Virus record (IMG/VR): IMGVR_UViG_3300031953_000093
Coordinates: 1-25,352 of that record
DNA: 25,352 bases
Origin: a virus
Lineage: Duplodnaviria > Caudoviricetes
Direction: 5' to 3' (one strand)
Shown here: in pieces, positions 6,194 to 12,774 of the stretch
Layout of the letters: every line of letters starts with the position of its first letter
Numbering within the stretch: the first letter of the stretch is position 1
The notes under the pieces: generated by a model
Databases searched by the model: none
Told to the model about the DNA's origin: nothing
Seen by the model: only the letters and a program-made list of their open reading frames with translations
Translations under genes and position numbers: made by a program

Positions 6194-6640
6194 TTACTTG
6201 TTCTGCCCTAGCCACGCTTCGATCTTCTCCACGGCCTTGGCGCGGGTCAAAGCTCGGAAACTCTTGCGAACTCGTTTGCCGTCTGTGCCGATTTCGACAC
6301 TCGCGCACCATAGCCCCGTAGCCTTGGGCTGGAAGATGCTGTAGTTCCTGCCGTACTTCGCTTGGCCAGCACGACGCTTATTCTCGACGGGGGTAACAGG
6401 CTCGAGGTGCTGCGGGTTCACGCATGACTTATTCATGCATAGATGGTCGATTTGGAGCCCATCGGGAATCGGACCGACGAGCATTGTGTAGGAGAACCGA
6501 TGAGCATGCCCGCGCATGTCGCGACGGGAACAGTAGCCGTATCCCTCATCGTTCCGTGCGAGTTTCCAGTTCCAGCAACCATTGGCGTCAATCTCGACGC
6601 GCTCGGTGATGTACTGCATCGGTTCTTGTCGTATCCTCAA
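6194..6640 (-). CDS. HNH endonuclease with C-terminal integrase-arm/AP2-like DNA-binding domain
   Basis: GCWNW...GYG...AHR...IDHLCMNKSCVNPQHLEPVTPVEN is an HNH_3 motif; C-terminus aligns by eye with the Int N-terminus. Confidence 0.85.
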   Translation of the reverse strand: MRIRQEPMQYITERVEIDANGCWNWKLARNDEGYGYCSRRDMRGHAHRFSYTMLVGPIPDGLQIDHLCMNKSCVNPQHLEPVTPVENKRRAGQAKYGRNYSIFQPKATGLWCASVEIGTDGKRVRKSFRALTRAKAVEKIEAWLGQNK

Positions 6641-6663
6641 TGTCTTGCCTTTCCCTATTCCAC

Positions 6664-6882
6664 TGTAGCCATTGGTGTAGACGAACGTATGTTTTCGTAT
6701 AGGTCACTGTGTGCCTATATGGAAACCTTACACCACGAATATGGCGTATTACAAGCCTTTTTGGGAACTCAACGCACGACTCATAATCGTGAGGTCGCGG
6801 GTTCGAATCCCGCCTCAGCTACAATTAAACACTAGGATCTATCCACAGAATAACTCACAGGTGTAGCCCAAGGTGTGGACGA
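6664..6882. repeat. Candidate integrase arm-type sites TGTAGCCnnnGGTGTRGACGA at 6664-6684 and 6862-6882
   Basis: 17/21 identical direct repeats on either side of the attP core. Confidence 0.65.
6773..6823 (+). mobile_element. attP common core, 3' portion of tRNA-Met(CAT)
   Basis: CACGA-CTCATAA-TCGTG anticodon arm, AGGTC, GCGGG-TTCGAAT-CCCGC T-arm, CTCAGCT-A acceptor strand; no D-arm or 5' strand; next to int. Confidence 0.88.
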
Positions 6883-6906
6883 TCAGCACAAAAGGCCATT
6901 TCGCTA

Positions 6907-6944
6907 CGTTCATAAAAGTGCACACATGAACACTTTTATGAACG
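6907..6944. repeat. Perfect 14-bp inverted repeat CGTTCATAAAAGTG-N10-CACTTTTATGAACG
   Basis: Read directly from sequence. Confidence 0.85.
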
Positions 6945-6951
6945 AGACAAC

Positions 6952-6991
6952 AAAAAAGGGGTGCCCACCGTCGCAATGACGGGGACACCCC
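6952..6991 (-). terminator. Intrinsic terminator ending the late/lysis transcript
   Basis: GGGGTGTCCCCGTCA...GACGGTGGGCACCCC hairpin followed by TTTTTT. Confidence 0.85.
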
Positions 6992-7005
6992 AAAGGTTCT
7001 ACTTG

Positions 7006-7086
7006 TTACTGGCAGCTCTCACACTGCAACTCATCGTTCGGATCAACAGGTACTTCATACTCCGGACCCATATCCGCGGCCCTCAT
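7006..7086 (-). CDS. 26-aa acidic peptide ending in CxxC (MRAADMGPEYEVPVDPNDELQCESCQ)
   Basis: ATGA overlap with holin stop; ends just before the terminator. Confidence 0.6.
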   Translation of the reverse strand: MRAADMGPEYEVPVDPNDELQCESCQ

Positions 7087-7256
7087 TCAGCAGTCTCGCG
7101 GTTCGGAACCTGGTACACAGCGGCAGCGGTGAGGATTGCGAGGCCGAACGAGATCCACTGTCCCCAATCGGCAGGAATGAACCCTGCGCCGGCTGTAGCG
7201 ATGGTGCCGACAATTGCGACAATGAACTTCGCGTATTGGCTAATTTTCTGGATCAT
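7083..7256 (-). CDS. Holin candidate, 57 aa, two TM segments (MIQKISQYAKFIVAIVGTIATAGAGFIPADWGQWISFGLAILTAAAVYQVPNRETAE)
   Basis: Below ORF-track cutoff; YAKFIVA...AVYQVPN pattern resembles actinophage holins; ATGA-coupled. Confidence 0.8.
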   Translation of the reverse strand: MIQKISQYAKFIVAIVGTIATAGAGFIPADWGQWISFGLAILTAAAVYQVPNRETAE

Positions 7257-7684
7257 GGTTTCTCTTTCTCTTCGACCGCGTTGTGCGGTTGTGTCTGTTC
7301 TTCGATCTGGTCGGATAGTTTTTCGTCGGTCTCGTGTAGAACCTCGACGGATTCTTCTAGCCCGTCCAAGCGGTGATAGATGCCCTTCACGCCGAGCTCG
7401 ACACGTTCCATTGAGTCCTTCACGGAGGTGCCGTTGTTGTAATGCACCTCGTGGTGGATGTCGGCTAGCTTCGCGTTCTGTTCCGCCATCGTCTTATTGG
7501 TATCGACCATGAACACGGGCAGTTGTGCCAGCGCATCGAAGAATGCAATGACTTTCTTTAGCCACGGCCAGAAGCGGATGAGGAATCTGGTGAGGACGTA
7601 GAGGCCGGCGATGAGCGCTGAGATGGTGGCAACCGACTGCCACACGTTTACGGCCCCCGGCGCTGTCCAGTCGAAAATCGGCAT
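7253..7684 (-). CDS. Lysis-cassette membrane protein (N-terminal TM plus coiled coil)
   Basis: TM helix then HEVHYNNGTSVKD motif typical of holin-adjacent actinophage proteins. Confidence 0.7.
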   Translation of the reverse strand: MPIFDWTAPGAVNVWQSVATISALIAGLYVLTRFLIRFWPWLKKVIAFFDALAQLPVFMVDTNKTMAEQNAKLADIHHEVHYNNGTSVKDSMERVELGVKGIYHRLDGLEESVEVLHETDEKLSDQIEEQTQPHNAVEEKEKP

Positions 7685-7734
7685 TAGACCCCCTAGGGCT
7701 AGTAAATTAGTTGAGAATGATTTAAACTCTGGTT

Positions 7735-8160
7735 ATGAAGAACATGACGAAAGGGATCATCGCGAGCCTCAGTGCCGCAGCCGTAATCACGACCGGTGCG
7801 TTCATCGGGGTGTCCGCAACAACTGCGGAACCCGAGGAAACACAAGCCGCGGTCGTGACCGTCGATGAGAACACGTTGCGTCAGGAAACCCCCAACACTG
7901 TTCGTCAGACCGTTCTCCCTGCACCTGTTGTCGAAGAAACGGTTATTGAACCAGCCCCAACACAGGAGCCCGCAACAGAACCGGCACCCGCTCCGGCGCC
8001 TGAACCAGCCCCGGAACCTGCACCGAACTACGGAACACCAATTCCATGGATTGCTGACTCGAACCCGAACAACGCAGAAGGTGGATATTGGGACACCACA
8101 CAGTGCGCGTCAGGTGCCGGATATCAAGCACCAGACGGCAACCAGTACTGTGCTGACTAA
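7735..8160 (+). CDS. Exported Pro/Glu-rich protein with two-Cys C-terminal domain (moron)
   Basis: Signal/anchor helix, EPAP repeats, TAAACT -10 at 7723-7728 six nt before ATG. Confidence 0.8.
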   Translation: MKNMTKGIIASLSAAAVITTGAFIGVSATTAEPEETQAAVVTVDENTLRQETPNTVRQTVLPAPVVEETVIEPAPTQEPATEPAPAPAPEPAPEPAPNYGTPIPWIADSNPNNAEGGYWDTTQCASGAGYQAPDGNQYCAD

Positions 8161-8849
8161 CCTCCGATAGCACTCAAACGTGCGTCGAGGTCGTCAATTT
8201 GTGACTGCTGATCCTGCGCGTTCATAATCAGTAGGATGGCGAACCGTTCATGCTTCACACCATCAGGTCGGCCATCTTCGGTGTAGTCAACGAGCCATGT
8301 CAGTCCAAGGTCGTGGATCTCTTCAGCGATCACACCCCACTCAACTGCTGCGGCTTTCCCGCTGAGTTTTACTGCGCCGAGGTATCGGAAAGTGACGACA
8401 CGAATTTCGGCCATGATCGACCGCACATCCAGTCTTGCCGTCACGATGTTCTGCTTGTAGCGCCTAGACGATGGCACATAACCCATCTGCCCTGAACTGT
8501 CCACATACTGCACCTTGTACGGTGAACCGCTCACAAGACGGTTGTAAACGTCTGTGGACTTAACCCCGCCGTTGAACGTGCCAGTTGAACCCGATACTGC
8601 ACCACTGGCAGCAATGTAGCCCGACGCTGAGATGTTCGTCATGTTCACGGTGCCGGAACTCAGATACGAGTCCGTTTCCGCGATCACTGTTGTTTCGAGG
8701 TCAGCCAACTTGGCCTGCACTTGATCCACCAACGAACCAATACTTGTTCCCGATGGTCGCGCTAGTTCTGTGAGTTGGCGTTGCAGGTCGCGGATCTTTG
8801 CGATGATCGGTTCTAGGGAATCCCCTGGCGGTGTCGGATAGTCAGCCAT
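8157..8849 (-). CDS. Minor tail/fibre protein with peptidase S74 intramolecular chaperone domain
   Basis: SSRRYKQNI cleavage motif, GVIAEE, terminal coiled coil. Confidence 0.8.
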   Translation of the reverse strand: MADYPTPPGDSLEPIIAKIRDLQRQLTELARPSGTSIGSLVDQVQAKLADLETTVIAETDSYLSSGTVNMTNISASGYIAASGAVSGSTGTFNGGVKSTDVYNRLVSGSPYKVQYVDSSGQMGYVPSSRRYKQNIVTARLDVRSIMAEIRVVTFRYLGAVKLSGKAAAVEWGVIAEEIHDLGLTWLVDYTEDGRPDGVKHERFAILLIMNAQDQQSQIDDLDARLSAIGG

Positions 8850-10078
8850 CAGTTACCCACTTTCGGTGCGAGATCAACTTTCACAAACCGGCCACGCTCA
8901 TCACCAGACAGGCCAATGATGCGGTGGCGAACTGTGCGAGCTTCGGTAAAGAACGGATCCCCCCTCACCCACTGTTCCTCATCCGTGTATGGGTGCCACG
9001 CGTCGAAGACAAGATCAGCAAAGTCCCCAACCCGGTATTGCCCCAGTTGAGGGCCAGCAGCCAACTCCCTCTCATCTATTGGGTACGCTTCGGCAGTGAA
9101 CGACCACACCTCATACGGGGATAGACCTGCACGCACCATTGCCGCTGCGTAAGAATCCAACGTGGGCTGTTCGCTGACTGTGGAGTGTGACGAATCAACA
9201 TCCTCCATCAGCGGGAAACCTGCATCGACAAGTGTTGAGTCGTAGCTTCGAGCAACCATCACCGTGTCTGTTTGCCGCCCGCCAACCTGCCAACCCAGCG
9301 ACAACCGCCGTGAGCCGTCCTCTGAGATTGTGAGGTTAGACACAGGCGATTTGGGGGCAGTGACAGACCACAGTGGTGCCGACTCCGAAGTCACTAACGG
9401 ACTAGCGTTTGTGCCCGTTCTGAACAACCACTCAACACCGAGCATGTCTGCGGTGAAACGTGGTTGGAATGAAAACTCAGGCCCGTTCTCAGTGTTGGCG
9501 ATGTCCTCAACGGCCTGCATAACAGGTTTGAAATCAAGCCCCAAAAAGTTGCGCTCGTGAACGCCGGCTTCGTCATCCTGGAACACGATCGGAACATCAC
9601 TACCAGTCCACAACCGTGCTTGCTCGACAAGACGTTTCGCAATCGTCCCCAACGACAACGCACTGTACGAGCTCGTCAACGCAGGGTTCGCCATCGTCTT
9701 AGACGTGTCAGTGGGATCGGGAATGGTGAACTGGTCAACATCAACCGTTGCCGCCAGCAGAGGCAGTATCAGGCGGTGGTTAAAATATGACCCCATACCC
9801 TTTGCCGCCAACTCAAGTGTGCGGGTGTCACGAGAATAGTTGCGAACCCAAACAGGGCCAGCTTCCATGATCGTGTCACCCTCAACCACGGCAAGAAACG
9901 ACTGTGTGGGCGTGGCAGTGTTGTGCAGGTCGAGGGCTTGAACGTTAGGGTCGTTGAGATCCACTTTCACACTGATCGTTCCTGCCGTCAGATAACGGCA
10001 GCCCCACGATCCGGCCATCACCGGCAGATCAAGAATCCTTCGACCGGTTCGCAGATTGCCGATGATGTACCGAGTCAC
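8849..10078 (-). CDS. Minor tail protein (baseplate hub type)
   Basis: 409 aa in the tail module; YIIGNLRTGR, AGPVW, GPEFSFQPR motifs of siphophage minor tails. Confidence 0.8.
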   Translation of the reverse strand: MTRYIIGNLRTGRRILDLPVMAGSWGCRYLTAGTISVKVDLNDPNVQALDLHNTATPTQSFLAVVEGDTIMEAGPVWVRNYSRDTRTLELAAKGMGSYFNHRLILPLLAATVDVDQFTIPDPTDTSKTMANPALTSSYSALSLGTIAKRLVEQARLWTGSDVPIVFQDDEAGVHERNFLGLDFKPVMQAVEDIANTENGPEFSFQPRFTADMLGVEWLFRTGTNASPLVTSESAPLWSVTAPKSPVSNLTISEDGSRRLSLGWQVGGRQTDTVMVARSYDSTLVDAGFPLMEDVDSSHSTVSEQPTLDSYAAAMVRAGLSPYEVWSFTAEAYPIDERELAAGPQLGQYRVGDFADLVFDAWHPYTDEEQWVRGDPFFTEARTVRHRIIGLSGDERGRFVKVDLAPKVGN

Positions 10079-10086
10079 GATGTCTC

Positions 10087-10950
10087 CTAAATGCCAGCCA
10101 TAAGTTCGCCAGACTGTTTCACGATTGCTGCGGCGACGCGGGGTGATGCCAGCTCGAATGCTTCTGCGAGTTGCTCCATCGAAATTTCTGCCTCGATGTT
10201 GAGTTGATCCGGCAGCGCATCCGAGATCGCTTTGGCAAGCTTCACCGGGTCAAGTGCAACGTCGGCCTGATTAGCTTTGACCATGAGCCGCAGTTGGGCA
10301 TCCATGATTGCGACCTCGGCACGGTTGAACGTTTCCGGTTTTGCTGCATCCTGTTTCGAGTTAATGAGGCGACTAAACAGGGTGTAGACCTGCATTGATG
10401 GCAGACCCGACCAACCCTGTTCCGTAACCAAATAACCATTCCCGCTGGTGTCCCATGAGAGATACATGTTTCCTGTTTCCTTCTCGGTAATAATTTTGAT
10501 GATGTCGCCCGCTGTGGACGTTTGGAATGGGCCGGGGACCGTTCCGCCATTTGCGGCAGTGTTGCGCCAACCCAGCGAATTTAGGAACTCTTCAAACGCG
10601 AGACGCATTCTGTCGCGTAGGCGTTCAATCCAGCCATGAAGGTGTGGGCCGCTACTTGCCGTTCCGGTACTTCCGATGTAGCCAATAGCGGAACCCTCGA
10701 CCAGCCAGCCAGACCCCGGCCCCTCGTAGGCGCTCAAATGCTGACCGGTGAACTTGTAGTCACTGTTCGTAATCGCCACACTGTTTCCGCCAGTAGAAGA
10801 CCACCAGCGGGTTACCCACCCGCCGAAAGGCGCACGAACCACCTCGCCCATGTCGGCCCCATAATCCGTAGCCGCACCGACGTTATATTTCGCATGCGAG
10901 GCGCGGTCACCCGTAACCCGACGTGCCCCATCTAAAGGTCTGCGTGTCAC
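10087..10950 (-). CDS. Endolysin / peptidoglycan hydrolase, M23 peptidase N-terminal domain
   Basis: ATDYG, VRAPFGG, GGN, HLS, IGYIGSTGTASSGPHLH; likely GTG start at 10950 just after the upstream stop. Confidence 0.85.
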   Translation of the reverse strand: MTRRPLDGARRVTGDRASHAKYNVGAATDYGADMGEVVRAPFGGWVTRWWSSTGGNSVAITNSDYKFTGQHLSAYEGPGSGWLVEGSAIGYIGSTGTASSGPHLHGWIERLRDRMRLAFEEFLNSLGWRNTAANGGTVPGPFQTSTAGDIIKIITEKETGNMYLSWDTSGNGYLVTEQGWSGLPSMQVYTLFSRLINSKQDAAKPETFNRAEVAIMDAQLRLMVKANQADVALDPVKLAKAISDALPDQLNIEAEISMEQLAEAFELASPRVAAAIVKQSGELMAGI

Positions 10951-10954
10951 AACC

Positions 10955-11917
10955 TCACCACCCAAACGCCGTGTACGAATACACCATCGACTTCCCCGAC
11001 GTTTCCCCCGGATAAACACACGTAAACCCGTTCTGATGCAACTTCGCCCCATCAAGAACAGGATTAATTGCAGACCCATTAATGGTGGTCAAAGCGATGG
11101 ATGCAACACCACCAGGGAACGCTTCAGGGAACGTAATAACTGGCATGACACCAGCCCCACCAGTGGTCGCAGCAACACGACCAGCACGCATCTCTACCTG
11201 TGCGCCCGCTGGAGGTGTAGCAACAGTTCCCGTACCACTAACCCCCGTTACGCCAGAACTGAGGACACCACGCGGGGCAGACAGAATCCATGCACTACCC
11301 GACCACCCGTACCGAGCCCCACCAACTACCTGAGCCGGCTGACCGGTCGATGCGGTAACCCACAGATCGAGTGCTGCCTTCGTGCGGAACGGAACCGCAC
11401 CACCAGCCGATGCTGTGAACTGTGCAGTTTGGGTGATGACCACACCGCCCGAGTTTGTGGCGGTCGCACCCGAAGGAATCAGAACTGTTGCCAGCTCAAG
11501 AGCACCTACCGGCAGAGTTGGCTTCACGGGAACCGCACCCGCGGTGCCCTTCACGAAACCCAACACGGGTACGTTGTCTGCATCAGGGACTGTGACCGTA
11601 CCCGAAGCATCATTCTGCTTCGCATAAATAAGATCAATGCGAGAGTTTGCGCCCGGTGCCGCATCTAACAGGACATTCGCAGCACCATCATTAGCAAGAA
11701 GGATGACACCGCCATCACGCACCGCAGCACCCTGAAAACGTGCCACCGACACATTCATTGTTGCCGACGCCGTAACCAGATTCACACCAACAGGCGACAA
11801 CACACCACCACGCGGCGAACCATCAACATTGCACACCACCAAACCAGAAAACAGGTAACGCGTGTCATCAGCATCAGTCAATGCCAGTTTCGCCGGCAAA
11901 CCTTTACGAATAGCCAT
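10955..11917 (-). CDS. Minor tail protein
   Basis: Gly/Ala/Val-rich; AAPGANSRIDLI, PTLPVGALELA, ITFPEAF...YTAFGW fibre-tip-like end. Confidence 0.8.
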   Translation of the reverse strand: MAIRKGLPAKLALTDADDTRYLFSGLVVCNVDGSPRGGVLSPVGVNLVTASATMNVSVARFQGAAVRDGGVILLANDGAANVLLDAAPGANSRIDLIYAKQNDASGTVTVPDADNVPVLGFVKGTAGAVPVKPTLPVGALELATVLIPSGATATNSGGVVITQTAQFTASAGGAVPFRTKAALDLWVTASTGQPAQVVGGARYGWSGSAWILSAPRGVLSSGVTGVSGTGTVATPPAGAQVEMRAGRVAATTGGAGVMPVITFPEAFPGGVASIALTTINGSAINPVLDGAKLHQNGFTCVYPGETSGKSMVYSYTAFGW

Positions 11918-11925
11918 GATGCTCC

Positions 11926-12774
11926 TTATAGATAACCGGGGCTCAAAGCCACCGTGAACTGAGGGGTGCCAGTAACAGCACCCAAACCCGCAAATTGAAC
12001 CTGATGAGTCGCACCAGCCGGGATCGCAAAGAACCCACGCTCCGTAATAAACCCGCCAACATCCGACTGACCATCAATCGACGCAGAACCAGTCCGCTGA
12101 TTAATCGACACTGACGACCCATCAGGAATAGGACGCACAAACCGGATCGACTGCCCTGTGGAAACATTCGTCGCAACAAACCCCCCAGCGAGACCACCCG
12201 TGACAGTGATCGACGGCCACACATCAGCCGTACCCACATTCGTCACCGAGATACGACCGCTCGCGCCATCGTCGCCCCAATCCCAATACTCCAAAGCAGT
12301 CGTACCCAACGGCCACAACAGACCGCCACCCGACACCGGAATGCCCGTGGAACTCGTTACCGGGTCGCCATAACGGAGAGGGTCATAAGCGACCACATCA
12401 AACACAAACTTGAAAAACGGGTGCGCCAACTGATTAGGGCCACGCACACCCGCCAAAGCAACAACCGCAGAAGTAGTCTCGAAAGGTTCCGACACCCTAA
12501 AAGTTGACGGAACCCCACGAGGCTGCATCGCACGCAACTGCCGAAGGGCCGCATAAGCCGATTCCAAATCAGAACCAACCCACGACCCCTCAACAGTCAC
12601 CGTGCGAGCAGAGCGATAGTTATTGGACGAACCAAACGCACCATCCGCTTGCGGGCGTTCATTCACCGGAACACGAATACCGGCACCATCCCACCAACCA
12701 GACCACTCACTGATTGTGAAACCCGTAGTGGCCCCATCATCAAACGTGAGACCCTCGAACTGGATAGTTGTCAT
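11926..12774 (-). CDS. Distal tail protein (Dit-like)
   Basis: Directly after tape measure; AYDPLRY, NVGTADVWPSITVTG. Confidence 0.8.
   Translation of the reverse strand: MTTIQFEGLTFDDGATTGFTISEWSGWWDGAGIRVPVNERPQADGAFGSSNNYRSARTVTVEGSWVGSDLESAYAALRQLRAMQPRGVPSTFRVSEPFETTSAVVALAGVRGPNQLAHPFFKFVFDVVAYDPLRYGDPVTSSTGIPVSGGGLLWPLGTTALEYWDWGDDGASGRISVTNVGTADVWPSITVTGGLAGGFVATNVSTGQSIRFVRPIPDGSSVSINQRTGSASIDGQSDVGGFITERGFFAIPAGATHQVQFAGLGAVTGTPQFTVALSPGYL

Noticed and set aside
6745-6823. Intact phage tRNA-Met gene
   Set aside because: Sequence upstream of 6773 provides no D-arm or 5' acceptor strand; better explained as attP core
4157-6823. Integration-dependent immunity system (attP inside repressor)
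   Set aside because: attP lies more than 2 kb from the repressor gene, and a xis and cro are present
6839-6880. DnaA-box-like sequences (CTATCCACA, TGTGGACG)
   Set aside because: Mismatched and few; the second is part of the arm-type repeat
7945-8030. Short tandem GAACCRGC-type repeats as a CRISPR or DNA repeat array
   Set aside because: They encode the EPAP linker of the exported protein; no spacers or cas genes
8157-11917. Diversity-generating retroelement or invertible tail cassette
   Set aside because: No reverse transcriptase, invertase or template/variable repeat pair was seen in the window
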